Source: Phoronis australis (lineage: Eukaryota > Animalia > Phoronida). From it: a DNA stretch of 64,000 bases. The DNA lies in contig NMRA01000313.1 of NCBI GenBank assembly GCA_002633005.1, positions 186,001 to 250,000 on the forward strand, given 5' to 3'. The notes under the pieces were generated by a model, which saw nothing but the letters and a program-made list of their open reading frames with translations, was not told the DNA's origin and did not search any database. The position numbers and the translations under genes are program-made. The first letter of the stretch is position 1. Each line of letters starts with the position of its first letter. Positions 37,701 to 52,217 of this stretch are shown here, piece by piece.

Positions 37701-40700
37701 TCTGGTCTGTTGTTAAGAGTTCCCAGCAGTCATGACCAACATCAATCACACATATACTGACACTGATACACAGGCCAGTTATCTATCACACTTCAAGAGT
37801 AATTGCTGAATGTGTTAATTGCACACTGCTTCACACAAAAGGAACTTAGATCAGCAGTCATGGTAATATGGTTTGGGTGGTTCTTGAGAGACACAAAATG
37901 CAACATACCGTGTAACAGACCATATTTCCCGTGAGTCGGAACCATTATGTGTGAAATTCAAGTCTGCGACATTTCCAAAACTATTTGTATTATAGAAATT
38001 TAAAAAGTCAGTGATTTCACCTTTAACTTTTCCTTGTAATTGCGGTGAATTTCTTTCTGAAAAGTCGCAGCTCGACCCGAAAGAAACGTGGAGAAAGCCT
38101 CGGACAACAGCTTGGCGTACTTCTCCTGACGAAACTTGTCTTCCGGAGGGAAGATCCTTCGGAACCTGCCAAGGTTTCTGTTCTCAAAATCCTCCCTGGA
38201 TGCATCCTTACGCACTTTTTGTAATAACTCGCGCTAGAATTAAACAAGTTTGAGATGAATTAATGAATAAATTTATTTTTGGACAACAGGTTTGAACTTG
38301 TCTAAGTGTTGTAGCTTCTTCACTGCATTAAATTCACAATTCATTGTAAGTGGCTTTAATGAAAAGGAGCAGAGATTGCAGTCAAGTTCTCAGCAGTATT
38401 TCAAATCTCCAGATACACAAGTACATAAAGTGGCATTATCGCCAACAATATTGTGTATTTGAGATCTGTCCGAAGACAGTTTCAAACCCCTGACCACAGC
38501 AGTCACAGTACAACACTAGTCCACCTAAAATCCAATGTGGCATGTAGCCGACTATTCTAAGTGTATTTAAAAGAAAGGTGAGCAGCCTCGATAATAGTTA
38601 ATTCTATTGAAAGGCTAGAAGTCAACATCAGGAATCGGCAATTTTTAATGAGTCATAAAGACAGATCTAGTTGTTTCACAGCTTTTGTCAAAGCTAATTA
38701 CTTCAAGGCATCCATCCTACCCAAAAGTAATCACAAACACATATCTTTCCTTTCCAAAACTGACTGTATCCCATCATACTACATGCATGTCACAATGTTT
38801 ATTAACATTGATCAACCTTGTGCTAACAGTCTAGCAGACGTACCAGTTCCTCCTTCCGTTGCCGTACCGTCTGCTTCTTTTTGTCCAGATCATAGGCGCT
38901 GGATGACTCGAAACGCTTGTGCGGCTGTACTAGACGTCGTTGCGATGCAGCCTTCTGAGCAGCTAGACTTTTCTTCTTATCACTGGCCCTAGAGAGAACA
39001 AGTAAAATTAGTCGACGTGAAATAGAGGGGGGGATTGGGACAATTGTTCAGCAGGCTGACACCTGGTGCTAGATCTGGGGAGACTGTCCATTAAAGGGAC
39101 ATAATTGATGATCAGCCTCAGCATGGATTTAAACCTACAGCCCCACGGCCACTGTGTAATGCTGTGTTAGGGGAGTTAACCTCACTTAATAAATGGCAGA
39201 GTATTTAACTGGCAAAGTCAAGTCATAATTTCAGATAATGGCGTGAATAAAATAAAAAAACACTGAATTTTGTTGTTTTATAGCTCTAGTCAAAGCTAAT
39301 AACTTCAAGGAATCTATACCCTCCAACAATAATCTCAAAAATGGATTTTTTAGCCATAAAACCGGTGACGTCTATTTCGGGCTGTTTCAGCGCAAATGGA
39401 ACGTCAAGCTTACAAAACATGTCTTGAAGTGAGGATAAAGTAGCTATTGTCCAAATAACATGATCGTAGTAAATGACATTGTGTTCTTGGATCACTTCTA
39501 GATGGTATCTCAGGAACAGGTAGACGCGACATTGCGACAAAGTTAATGAGAAGTATGGCATTCATCTTCTATTTGACGCACTTCAGTCACTCAAAATCGC
39601 AAACACTAGACATAGACCTCCAACTGCAAATTTCTACGAAACACTAAATCGTGATCAGCGTGTCCTTGTGTTGCAATGTGCAACATAACTTGATAGTGAA
39701 CATTTATTTATTCAATTAACAATTGTAGCACGTCTGAAATATGATACTGTCCTGAAGGCCTTTGATTTCTGCGGTTTTATTCCTTCCTGGGGCCACAAAC
39801 AATCACACGTGTTGTAATGTTATGATATTGTATGTTAACTTTTCACTCCCATCATAGTGGTCAATACAATTACTATTATTTATGATCGACAAATGTCCCG
39901 AATAATATATGTAAAAATGTATAAGTTTTCGAGAGTTTAATGTAGCCGTAACAAAGAATATGAACAGAAACATGAGATTGGATAACAAAGAGAATGCCTA
40001 CAAGAGCTGACCAAACTCGGGTCACGTGATAGCAATAGTCCAATAAGAAGGCTGAGAAAGCGACATGTAGTCCTGTACAAAGGAATTAGTGGACTAGTCC
40101 AAAATGAGGGGGAAAGGAGTAAGACGAGTCCATATACTCACATAAATATATTTAACAAGTGAAATACCACTTCGTCTCACTCCAATCATCCAACATGCTA
40201 CCAACATGCCCGCAGGGTAGAGCTTACCTTATGTTCACTAGTTTCAAAGTGTCGTACAACAATGTCGACTTTATATCATGGTCGATCTTTTCATTGGTAC
40301 CAAAACTGGGTGAACGGTTTATCTGCAAGGTAAAGCTATAAACTGACCAAGCGTCATAATACCCTCTTTCCAATTTTTTCAAACCTGGGCCGCATTCCGT
40401 AAAGCAAGATTCTTGCAAGATTAACAAGATCACACGAATAACGCCATGTACAGATTACCTGACAATAGCTTTACTCGCCAATATTTTGCATTATTCTATG
40501 GAACATGTCCCAGATATGTCAAGATCAATTATTTAGTATCTCCCTTTTGAACTGGATCAACTAAACCGGCACCAACTTTCAGCTTACATTCACATGAAGT
40601 GATTTTTGGGAGGAACGAAAAATTTGTCATTGCTAAAGAGTTAAACTAACAAGTTTGTACTTACAACTTTATTAATTCTTGGTTACCCGGTAAGGATAAA

Positions 40701-43700
40701 GCTTAATTTTAATGTACATGACTTAAATAGTGATAAGTACATTTTTGTTTACAAGTGAAAGTTGAGCTTTGTGCACTCAGAAATCATCTAACAGGTTATT
40801 GCCGTGCAATGTGAAGACAGAATTTTCGGGAAACTAATGGTCACACAAAATAACACTTACTTCCAGCAACCAAGGTCTCAACTTTCTGTCCAACATCACA
40901 TCGAACCCAAGAATCTCAAAGCAGACACTATCACTCCCTGGTGGCGCCCCCGGACGACACATGCGGTAAGCATGCAGGACGTGAGGCTCGGCGACAATCA
41001 TCGTTTTTATAATCAGATCCGAGATATTTCGCCAGAGGTAGGCTACATCATAGTCGTTTTTGCGCAAATACTCGTTCAGGAACTTTATAGAGCGCTTACT
41101 ACCCGTGTCCACAGACACGCCCTTCTCGTAGGTTTCACTGTGCTTATTGATGGAGTAGTTAGTCAAATGCATGAAGAGGGTGTCCTGAAAGATGTAAAAA
41201 TTAAGTAAGTTGATGGAATCTACTCACTGGAGACAGGAAGCCAATAAAATAAAAGAGACATAAATTGCATGAAAAACAAAATTATGAGAGAGAGACGTTC
41301 CCTAAGAGTACTGACTGCCTGAAGTTCTGTGGTCACTGATTGCTTATGTCGCCCGATCTTTTGTCGCAAATTTTATTCCGCAGCTATTCTTTTTTAGACT
41401 TCCATGCGCATGATAAAGTCATACTTGCCTATTAGTTCATTTGGATGACAGTGTCCCTGTCTGTGAACGCTCAGTCTATTATCATGGAGAATTTCATTGT
41501 CTAAAACGCATGCAGTTTGCTTTCAAACAGTTACAGATTGTTGAACCCCAATACAATGAACCCTCCTTGAACGTTTTAAAATGTTTGTTGAAACCAGACT
41601 TCACTGAAATCAAATAGTTGGCCATGTTTGTGGAATTTTCAAGGTGTTAAACACGAGCAAAGATTACAGACCAGGCATACCTCAGTGCAGTTTGATGATT
41701 GACAGAAACAAATGCTAAACACAGAATGTTGTATGCCACATTTGCATGACTGTGAAGTGACCAACATAAACTTCATGCAATACCTCAGATCTGATCGGAT
41801 GTCAACTAGAATCAGTATTGTTTGCCTGAACATCCATGTTGACTTTTCAACAATCAAATAATCTCACTTAGTTACGCCTCAGTCATTAACCCAGGCAAGA
41901 CAACACGCTATATGAAGCACTTACCAGATTGCCTTCGTGAGGCGCCACATATTTCTCAGTGCTCAGTCTCACCAGACCGTCATGGAACAGAAATATCCTA
42001 AGCGGGTCACATGAGGTGACCAACACATAGATCCTCAAGTCACACTTGAAGCCATCAATGAGGAAAGGTTTGTCCAAGTATTCCTGAACAATTGTGTGGT
42101 CGCTGGGCGTCAGTTTCTCGGCATTTCTCACTAGAGAAATCCTGCAAAAAGTTTGTCAGATGTGTTGAATAACAGCCTGTTCCTAAGAAAGTAATGGAGA
42201 AACTTTTTATTCTCTGTGTAAGAATCTTAACTCCCAGAAATGCATCAAGAATCACCTTCCACGCTTAGTTAACAACTACTGCATGCCTTCCAATATTATT
42301 GACAATATGTCTGTCTACTCGTAGCCTGCAAGCATTCACTCATTTTTATAAAAAACATACCATAACGAATATAATGAAGAATTTAATCTTTCTTTCATTT
42401 GCTCATAAAACTGAATGTCTTGTTTAGCCGGCTAAAAAACAAAAATCAAATTGGGTTCTTTTACTTTTAATTAAATAACAATACTCCTTACGATAAAGGA
42501 TTTCATTTCAAATGCCTCAGAGTTTATTGAGTTAGCCCATCCTAAAATTGTAAATTCGTAAATGGGGCACGATCACATTGCCATCTGGGACTTGAGTTTG
42601 TAACAAAAATGGAATTCTATCAAGATGAGGATTATGCGATCAACTTGATGAGAGCAAAAGTCCCATTTTTCCCTTTTTGTAGGCAGCAGGGCAAACTGAA
42701 GCTTTGAATATTTAAAACTTTTGTTCTATAATTACCCGTTGCCCATCGCTCCATTTGCAGGCTTCACAATGTACGTTCTTGCCTTCTTCTTCTTGCGCAT
42801 GTCTTTTGCATAGTTTTGGAATGCGTTAAACTCCGTAGGAAATGTCCAAGTCTTCGGTACAAAACTGTACTCATCTGGACAAACTTTGGACATCCTGGAA
42901 ATATTGATCACGATTTGGAAATATTGACCACAGCCCAATACACAGATCTGCCTTACAGTGGTCAACAGTTATGCAATCACCAAAATATGCTGGAAGTTGA
43001 TCAAGGAAAGTTTCTTTATTTGAAATTTTCAATATTAATTTATGCTTTTTTCTCAAATACGCTGTGAAAAAAGTACGGCTGCACATGTTTTGTAGTTTCA
43101 GTGTTCAAGAACTTAATTAAAATTTTTTGACACTTGCTGTATACAAAGATGAGAGTGAATGAGTTCAAGATACAGCCCGATTTTCTTTTTGTTGAGAATG
43201 GTTAATTACAAAATATCATACTTAGCCATGTTCCTGGCCAGAGAATCCTTCCTGCAAACTTCTCCCATCCCAGGAAAATGGTTGATGCGTTGAAATGCCT
43301 TCAGCTCAGAAACTCGGTCGGTGGATACAAAGGCATCATTCCAAAGAAGGTTACTGAAAGACGTTAAGTAGCACTTTACTCCTACAGAAGGCGCCACTGG
43401 ATGTTACAGTTTTTTAAACAAGAACAAACAAACCAATGGCCAAGCTGGTATAAATAAATTAACAATTAATTGAATTTCTACACAAAACAAAGGAACTATT
43501 TGACAAAGATGTATGGAATGGGCATTAACTGTCTCCTGGGTCTTACTGATCCACAACTGATTGTTATACACGATATTTAATTCAACAGCTAATGGCTACA
43601 CATCCGTAAATCAAGTTTAAAAAAAGTCCAAAGTGATCATAAAGCAAAATGAACAAAATCTCTGTTAGTTAGTTGTGAAGGTCAGGATACTAGAACAACT

Positions 43701-46371
43701 CGGCTGCGACACTCAAAAACTAAGCTCATGGGCTCAATGAACAACATTCACTGACTCACAAACATGGAAACACCTGGTGTCAAACACGGCTTACACACCC
43801 CAAATCTTGTGTCCAAACTCACAAACACAATGCGCAGTCGCAGTGCAAACCGTACACATTACTACTGAATGCCAGAGCAAGATTCCCAAACCTTATTATT
43901 CATGGATAATAGCATGCCTAGCATCAGAAAGCCATAAATTATTAGGCTGTTCTCAATTTATCTGATCAGCCTAACTGGCTTCTGTCAAAATGAATGCTAC
44001 GTCTTCTGTTAACCACTGTGACACAGCTTTAGAGAGGTGTGGCCTAGCGTGACAGGTGCCCGCCTTCTATCTCGAGGTCGTGGGTTCGTGTCCCACTGGG
44101 CCACACTGCTAGACACTTGAGTCAGGTCTCAACTTCATCAGCTCAGGATTTTAACTATATATTAATAAACCACAAAAAACGGTTCCAGGTGATCAATGCA
44201 ATGGACCCAAATGCATGGCCTGCGCACGTTTGGCACGTGTATCAGAATGCCTGCAATTGCTATATTTATATTGTAACCACAACTATATGACCATGCAATC
44301 AGCAGAATACACAAACTCAGTCACAGAGCTGGTTAAGTATATATCCCATTGTGAATGAATCTTAAATGTGAGGCTCTTTTTTGAGTTTTTTTTCAACAAT
44401 GCTTGATTAAGAAATTACTGTGCTGTGTTGATGAGTCAGGAACTGAGATTTAGGGGCGTAAGGCTTCGGTGTTCAACCTGAGTTTACTGGGAGTGCGTGT
44501 GAGCCATGTTTATAAGTCAGTGATGAATCTTGTATAAAAGTGCAGCACAGCTGTATTGCTGGAGTAGCGAGCAGTTGATCAGCAGAAAAGTTTGAAGGGT
44601 ATGGTCCTACAGAATTCTACTTGTAAGCGTTCATGATTGTATCACCCACCTGCCCATGTCTTCATCTTTTGATATAGAAAATCCAAGTCTCTCCACAACG
44701 CTTCGAACTACAAAATAAATCAAGAACTAAAATTGAAAAATTTTCAAAACAGAAGTCAATTTTAACTCAATAGTTAATCGTTGAACCATGATTTATGCCA
44801 TAAGGTCAAGTCGGAACTTAAATTGAAAATATCTGGAACTTTGTTCATTCTGTGCTTCGTTATCCAGGACAAGCAGCTGAGATATTTATCACTGGCATTT
44901 CTTCATGAAATTGCCTTTTTCTCGCCATGGCTGCATCCAGTCAAAACCAGAAAGAGAACTTAGAGAGTACACCTAGAAACGGTGCATAATCACAAATGGC
45001 CAACTACACAGCACTACTGATTACGGTACATATCAAAAATAAACAGGCAAAATGACCCAGAATTCCTTGTCATGGCAGACGAGTTCAGGCAAAATTAGAC
45101 TCCATCATGACTGCTTAGAGCGAAAGAAATTTACAAACACAGTAATTAGAATAATGGATCATGAACTATCATGACAAGTAAACAGCATTTTGTCTGATTG
45201 CTTTTAATGCATAATGTATTTCCCTGAATGACTTATTGCTTCTAGACATTCTAAAATCCCACTAAAAACACCCCTTCCCCAACATGAAACACCAAAGCAA
45301 GAAGTATTCCTGACCTATTTCATATCGGGTTCCACTCAAGTTCGCCGAGATTGGCTTCCTTTTCTTTTTCTTCTTGCCTTCTTTCTTCTTCTTATCTTCG
45401 TCGATATCGCCTGTCAACATGGACGGGTGGAACACTTCGTGGCGACGCATGGCAGGACTAAGGATTCCATTGCTGTACTTCACAGATTCTGGAGCATAAA
45501 CACATGACCACAGTCACCTCTTTGTGGAAAGGAAAATAATCATGAATGATCCCAACAGTATTGTCTATGTGTGCTTTCAAATATGGTGCCTGTATGTATC
45601 TCTCCAAAGTTGTACTAGCATGATCGACCTTTCTTATTAATTTTGCACTTAATTAACAGGCATTTTGTTGATGTTTAGCTGTCAATGTTGAATTCTAAAC
45701 TGAAATGCTTTGGGATTTAAAACATTACTCATCCGAGTTTTATTTAAATTTTTCCTGGATGAGTAAGGCAACTTAAGTTCTATGAGGCAATGTGTGCGGC
45801 CCTTTATGGAATCACTGGTGATGATGTTCTATTAAGCAATGTGTGCGGCCCTTTGTGGAATCACTGGTGATGATGTTCTTGCTGGTAATGGAAATGGAAT
45901 ACTATCATTCATTTTGCGGAATATTTACAAGAGCAATGTTATGAGGCTAGCGTAAAAGTCCTGATCTGACTTTTGTTCTTTAGCCAGATAAACAGCGTGA
46001 AATGTAACTTTAACAGGAAGTCAAAATGTTTCACTGAAAATATGATGGTTAAAGACCTTACGAGCTCAAGGTTTCACTTAAACCCAATTTATTTCTCAGA
46101 AAAAGTACCTGTGGTTACCATGCGTAGGTGTAAATCAGATTAACTGCCAAAAAAGGAAATATTCTAATATACAATTAATGTACAGCTTATCTATAAACTA
46201 CATTTCTCTCACTGAGAATTTTCTCATTGATACGATAATTGCCGTTATCTTAAACAATAGGTGTCGCCACTTACCTGTAGGTTTTTCCTTGGCGCCAACA
46301 GTCAAATAGTTGGTTGTATTGCCGGCGGCTGCTGAGCCTGAAGTGCCACCTGTTTCTGTGGCAGTTGGCAT
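31714..46371 (-). CDS. TTLL7: Tubulin polyglutamylase TTLL7, about 880-890 aa
   Basis: In-frame GT-AG exons: 46275-46371, 45315-45488 (KKKKKRKPISANLSGTRYEI), 44650-44707, 43222-43353 (QRINHFPGMGEVCRKDSLARN), 42736-42894 (YIVKPANGAMGNG), 41925-42141 (VQEYLDKPFLIDGFKCDLRIYVLVTSCDPL), 40861-41184 (MHLTNYSINK...CFEILGFDVMLDRKLRPWLLE), 40228-40322 (INRSPSFGT), 38844-38988, 38021-38233, 36974-37063, 36269-36577, possible 35942-35974, 34953-35075, 34486-34566 (WKFHKPRIASYWLVKLDSIKRRK, TTLL7-type C-terminus), 33940-34100, 32637-32819 and 31714-31795. The first and last exons are less certain. Confidence 0.95.
33737..33801. repeat. Small palindromic repeat family member; relative at about 8540-8628
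   Basis: gccgcattttgagaaccagttt / aaactggttctcaaaatgacggc. The core ttttct.cact.aataa..ggcat.aaactggttctcaaaat is shared with 8577-8618. Confidence 0.65.
37431..37470 (+). repeat. 10-bp tandem repeat, 4 copies
   Basis: (a/t)tatggctca x4. Confidence 0.85.
44033..44105 (+). mobile_element. tRNA-derived SINE head
   Basis: TGGCCTAGCGTG (A-box-like) and GGTTCGTGTCC (B box) at tRNA spacing, with poor stems. Confidence 0.5.
45787..45879 (+). repeat. 49-bp-period tandem duplication, 2 copies
   Basis: gcaatgtgtgcggcccttt(a/g)tggaatcactggtgatgatgttct at 45787 and 45836. Confidence 0.9.
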
Positions 46372-47091
46372 GGTTACCAAAGGTTGAGAGGTCAGAAATA
46401 CCTATTGCTCTTTTTCCTAGTTGGGTAGGACATCACTGACATCTGTTGACAAAATTAAGACATCAATACAATGCTAAAATTACTACGTAAAAGGCAAACC
46501 TTACATACTCTTGACAATATACAAACAATGCGCTGTCCTTATCCTGACTTATCCTCACTTAAAGGGACTTTCTCGGTGAGGAAAGCCTGTATGTTACTGA
46601 GACATTTTAGCAGACACTGGTACCGAACCCACTACCTCCACAGTAGCAGCCAAACACGTTGCCATGGTGCTGAGCCATATCTCAAGCTGTAAATAACAAC
46701 TTTTTAAGCATAATGGTAAAGACATTGGCCTTGATTTCAGCAATGTCAGACACACAACGGCGAGAATCGATGATAGGTAATAAAATCACGAAAACACACA
46801 GGATTTTGTTGTATATAGCTCTGATTAACTTCAAAAAGTTTATCATATCCAACGATAATACCAAAAATGCGTTTTTCGGACGTAAAATCGATAACATCCC
46901 ACCTGTTATGTAAGAACTGCCATTAAATTTTAAAAATTCAAAAAATCAGGTTTGAGCATCAAACAATTTTTAAAAAATCAGACTCTAGTGTAAAATTTAT
47001 TTGAGTGAGAAATTTGTGTAAAGACATCCAAGACTTCAGTATTTAATAACAAATGCAAGAACTAATCAAAACATTTCTTGAAAGTTGCTAT

Positions 47092-47092
<1 letters not shown>

Positions 47093-47149
<57 letters not shown>
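47093..47149. repeat. (CA)n microsatellite
   Basis: About 28 perfect AC units. Confidence 0.97.
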
Positions 47150-47152
<3 letters not shown>

Positions 47153-49696
47153 CACACATGCAGACACAAACACCAATAGGAAGGTTCTGGATTACGAAGT
47201 GACACCTGAATTTCTCGCCATTTACCCACAGTGCTGCAACATTGATCAAGCAGTCCTGAAGGCTCCTTTTCACGTCATTGAGTTTCTCAAGTTATTTGTA
47301 GGTGCCTTGCTTTTTTCAATTTTTATCATTTGCATTAACTGTTACTCAACCTCCCACTGTCAGAAAAGTTTTACTGCTGAGTTTTGAGCTACAAGTATTA
47401 CATCAGAAAGTTGGATAAACTCAAGAAGTACCCGTGAATATCATATATTATATTCTAAAACGAGGCCAATGTAACACCACATTTTTCTACTTCCAGGACA
47501 AAGGTGATTTCTATCCGGGACTATCCTATTGCCATATTGGGATTAATGAAAATGGCAACAAACGTCATGTTCTCAATGATTTACAATCCATTCCTACATA
47601 AAAAAATGGTTGATCTGTCAATCTCATACTTGTGCGTATTGTTGATGAGATGCATTAAACAATTCTTACAACACTTGAATCAATATTTAATGCAGAATGG
47701 GCGTTAACCAATCAATATAAAGCACACTCCAGTAGTTAATAAATTAGCGACAGCACAATTTTGAAGAGTCGCTAAATGCAAGCTAACGGAACATAAAATG
47801 TATTGATGAAGCAAAACTAAAAATGTCTGTACTGAAAATTGGGATTATTAAAAAGATTTTTATTCTGTATATTTTCCTAAATCTTTCGGCTCTATTTCAA
47901 ACTCTTGGGAATGTGAAAACAATCCGGAAATCAATACATCAGCAGTTTGTTTATATTGGAAAAATGAGACGAATTCGTTACATAGTACTTCCATAAATGG
48001 AAAACAAGGGCAGACCACCAAGAAATAAAAACAGGTCGTTAAAAATTATTTTTTAAGGTCACGATCTTACTGACAAGTCAGCGGAGAATTGGTGAAAGCA
48101 TTTTTTTTAAAATAAAAAGCCTGTGTAGAATTTTATCTTTCTACCAGTCTGCCATTAATCGGGTCACGTGATCGTGCCTTTTTAGTGAACTTTCGCAAAA
48201 CAGAATGGTTAAACAACAATATCAATAACAGGATCAAAGTTTATTAACAAGGTAATGTAAGTCCCTATATTGCCAAATTTGGCTGATTTCAGAGCATAAT
48301 ATCTCAAAGATGGCCGATCGGATTCATATGAAACTTTCAGATACTAACGCTTTAAGAAATGATTTTGGAAAACCTAATTAATGTTCCACTTTTGCGTGAG
48401 GAGTTATCAAACGTAGGACTTATGATTTTCATGAAAGATCTTTCAACTTTCATAAAAAGAAAACAAAATGACACTTTGGAAAACTGTAATGCGTTTGTCA
48501 TGATCTCACCTTGAACATTTACAGCAAATAAAATTTGATCATCTAATTTATACAGTTGCTTTGCCATACATGTACTATTCTCTTTTAGATCAACTTTAAA
48601 TAAAAAAGACAATTAGAAACAGATAGGCAAAAAGTCAAAAACCAAATTCCAGAGGCTAAGTATTTTCAGAAAATATTCACTTTTACTGGCTAAGAGTTTA
48701 AATCTATCATTTTCTATCTATATTGCTATCAATAAGGTCTTGAAATAAATGTTCCAGATGAGATCTCAAAAACATTTACAGTTTTCTAAAATATCATTTT
48801 CTTTCACTTTATTATATTTGTAATAATCATAGTATTCACAGGTAATAAAAATAACTAGTATAGTTGGTTCAGGTCTGTAGCCCTACATGAACCTGCATAA
48901 ATGTCAGCACGCACTGAGCTTTGTTTAAAAAAGCCCACAAAGCTAAGCATCCAGGCATGCTAGCATCAAAATACAGGTAGAGAGCAAAATATGTAAATTT
49001 CATAATATAAAGCTCAAAATATCACAGGAACCAGGCTCTAATGCTCGTCGTGAAACTGATATGGTAATGCTCTATTAATTTAATGCACTCACCTCATTTC
49101 GCACACCCAAAATGATTTGGAAAATATAAGGTTCTCACGGTATTTCACTTGAGGCTACATGGTGAGAAATTCTTGCTTTACCTAATTCGGATAGGGTCGG
49201 TATTGCAAGTAAATACCCATTAAGAACCCAAGTAGTACGCAGAGAAAAACAACACTGTTATGGTAATGAGATCTGAGCACTGAATAATCACAAATTATTC
49301 ATCCATTTCGATGGGGTTATATCTCTTGCTGTTGCAAACATGAGGTGAAAAAAGTGGCCTGGACTAGTGTCCTGAGACCAAGAGGCATTGCTCCGTAGAA
49401 TGTTCCACCAACAATGGGGTAAAGTACCTTTATAATATTGGAACATGGTAAAAGTAAGTCAATTACTGTTAGCTGAATCACATTTGCAAGCTACATGTCA
49501 CGTCTCATTAAATTTGTAATTAGGGGCAGTTGGCAATACTTGGTTACACATTTAACTTAGAAAACCTGTCAACCACGAAGCAAGTATATTCATTTTATTT
49601 CACTGATTAAATCTATTGGAAAAAATATTTTAATTTATTTCGTGCCAAAGTAATGCAGAATAACAACTGTACTATAATCAACATGCAAAGCACAAG

Positions 49697-50112
49697 AATG
49701 GATGCTGTGCATGTCTGACTCCAGATTGGATGGGGTGCATGTCTGGCTCAAGATTAGATGGGGAGCATGCATGGCTCAAAATTGGATGGGGTGCATGTCT
49801 GGCTCAAGATTGGAATGGGGTGCATGTCTGNAAGATTGGGCGGAGTGCATTTCTGGCTCAAAATTGGATGGGGTGCATGCCTGGCTCAAGATTGGATGAG
49901 GTACATGGTTGGTTCAAGATTGGATGGGGTGCATGTCTGGCTCAAGATTGGATGGGGAGCATGTTTGGCTCAAGATTGGATGGGGTGCATGTTTGGGTCA
50001 AGATTGGATGGAGTGCATGTTTGGCTCAAAACTGGATGTGGTGCATGTCTGGCTCAAAATTGCATGGAACGGTGCATGCCTGGCTCAAGAATGAATGGGG
50101 TGCGTGTTTGGT
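49697..50112 (+). repeat. 28-bp minisatellite, about 14-15 copies
   Basis: Unit gcatgtctggctcaagattggatggggt starting at 49709, 49737, 49765, 49793 and onward. Contains an N at 49831 and generates the repetitive ORFs in the track. Confidence 0.95.
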
Positions 50113-50439
50113 AGTCAACCGACACTGACCTCGTCCGTTACAGTCATGAAAACAATAGATTAATAAACGTCATTTTCCTTTTTTGACATTAACTTCATGA
50201 TTTCCCTCATAGACAGTGGACTCCACTCAGTGGCCGACCAGTGAGATGAGCACATCGCACAATCCCATCAGCCGTTCAACTAATAACAGTGCCTGTTTGC
50301 TGGTCAATCAAACACAATATAAGTGTCCAGTCTGCTGTAGTAAAGTTTCACCTGTTATTACACCTTTGGGAAACATGGGTAAAAACTGGCCATAAAATAA
50401 AATCTGATAGAAAAGCAACATCGTGAAGAACTACACGCT

Positions 50440-51590
50440 TTAAGTATTTGGCAAATACGTTGCTGGAGCTAAAAGTTACCATATGCCATTATTTCTCCTG
50501 CTGAATTTGAGAAGGAACATTGCGTCAGCTTTCAGTGCCATGAAAGTCCTTTATTCACCAATTTCATTTCCTGTCCATTCCTCAATGAATTATTGTACTT
50601 CCTTCACAAGGTTACACACATTTCACAATAAATTACCACTAGAATCAATAAACCATTGTTCTAACACTTTAGGATTTTATTACCATCAAAAAGAAATTTC
50701 TAGGGAATTTTTTTTAGTGAAGCTGCAAAACAAGAATTTCTAGCGAAATTGTCATCATCTCCAGAAAAACTTTGCAAAAAAAATCAAACAAATGGCATGT
50801 GCGTGTGACACGAGAGTATATTTCAAGTCTTCACAAAAAGTAGCAGTTACACTTGGTAGGTAGTTTTGACTACTTTACTAAGAGTGAACCGAAATTCACA
50901 GGAAGTATTGCTTTGGGAAATTTACCGTCACCCTCCCAAACGATGCCACTTTAAAAATCGAGCAACTGGTGTAAACGTACGTCACGAGCATACTGTTTAG
51001 AAATCTTCAACTGACTTTTCTTTGATACAAATGAGGGAGAACGATGATGATTGTATTTTTTTAAACAGACATAATGAACAAGGCAAGACAGGTGTCATTC
51101 GAATGTTGCTAATGTAGGGTTGGATATGCTAGATTTTGGTTTCATGGCGAGAAGAAAGAAGGCGAACTGAAAAGTGAGCTTCACTTAAATTAACAAATTT
51201 TTACCCACACTGTTCATTAGCTGTGAAAAGTATGTCATCGTTTTGAAAACAGTATGCTCGTGTCACGCGCACGCACCATTTCATAAATTTTTGCGACAGC
51301 TTCGCAGCAGCAAAATTTGTTCTGATATTCGGTTTTTCGGTATCAATTAAAATTCTAAAAACTTATAATGAAGTGAAACCAGTTCCGATCATTTGTTGTG
51401 ACGTGTACGCAACCTCGTGAACAAACAACAGTTGATTGAAGAAATGGCGAAGAAAGAAACTGGGCAATAAGATACGCAATATTTCATGGCGCCGAAAGTC
51501 GTCGCTAAAGATCGCTCCACAACTTTGGCAGCAGAATAACGGTAGAATGCCATTTTTTCCAACACCGTTAAATAATTTAGATTACTCAAG
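50440..51590. mobile_element. Old foldback/long-TIR element with diverged inverted arms
   Basis: About 50440-50825 is an inverted relative of about 51240-51590 (gcatgtgcgtgtgacacgag / ctcgtgtcacgcgcacgc; opposite-strand translations FTRLHTFHNK vs FTRLRTRHNK). Confidence 0.65.
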
Positions 51591-51805
51591 GAAGACTGTA
51601 GCTTTTAATGACACTAATTTTGTGTCAGATTTTATCTTCCCACTTTTTTACCCACATCGGTACAAAGCTGTTAGTAGTATACAGCTTTGTACCATCCAAG
51701 GCTACAGTCGGACCAATCATCAGTCGGTGTCCGAAGACAAATGGCACCCAAGAGCGTTGGGAACAATAAATGAAAGATCATTTAGAACAACCTGTTATAA
51801 CTTAC

Positions 51806-51930
51806 GTGATAATTACTAAATCGTGTTATTACAGCAACACAAACGGTGTAATTCAAACACAAATTAATTGATTTGAAGATTCCATTGACATCTTGGGTAA
51901 CGCCATATTTGATTTGTGTCACGTGACCCA
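51806..51930 (-). promoter_or_regulatory. Putative TTLL7 promoter and non-coding first exon
   Basis: GTCACGTGAC E-box (51918-51927), YY1-like AATATGGCG, X-box-like GTTACCCAAGATG (51889-51901) and a GTAAGT donor at 51805 on the minus strand. The start-codon exon has an upstream acceptor (~46443), so a 5' UTR exon is needed. Confidence 0.5.
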
Positions 51931-52217
51931 GCTTTCTCCTTCCTTAACAACAACGTTTTTATTATTATCAATAGATGGCTACACCTGTACTGATGGCCTT
52001 CGCTCAGTGCTGACACACAACGCGTCCCACTGAGTCTCCCAATAGCTTTTTACACTTGCGACATTTAGCGAGCTGACTTATAGTATAGCATGTGACGTAT
52101 TTTGATTCAAAAATAGCAAGCTCGTTCTTCCTGGAGTCGTCTGCGGCTTTTACTTGTTAAAAAGAAAGCCTAATCGTGTGAATGATATGCGACTGATCAA
52201 CCGGCGTATTCCCGACG

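Noticed and set aside
15469-46371. U12-type or non-canonical introns
   Set aside because: All inferred introns are GT-AG and lack the GTATCCTT donor signature.
49702-50128. Repetitive ORFs and a CRISPR-like regular repeat
   Set aside because: Head-to-tail 28-bp units with no unique spacers, in a eukaryotic intron; it is a minisatellite.
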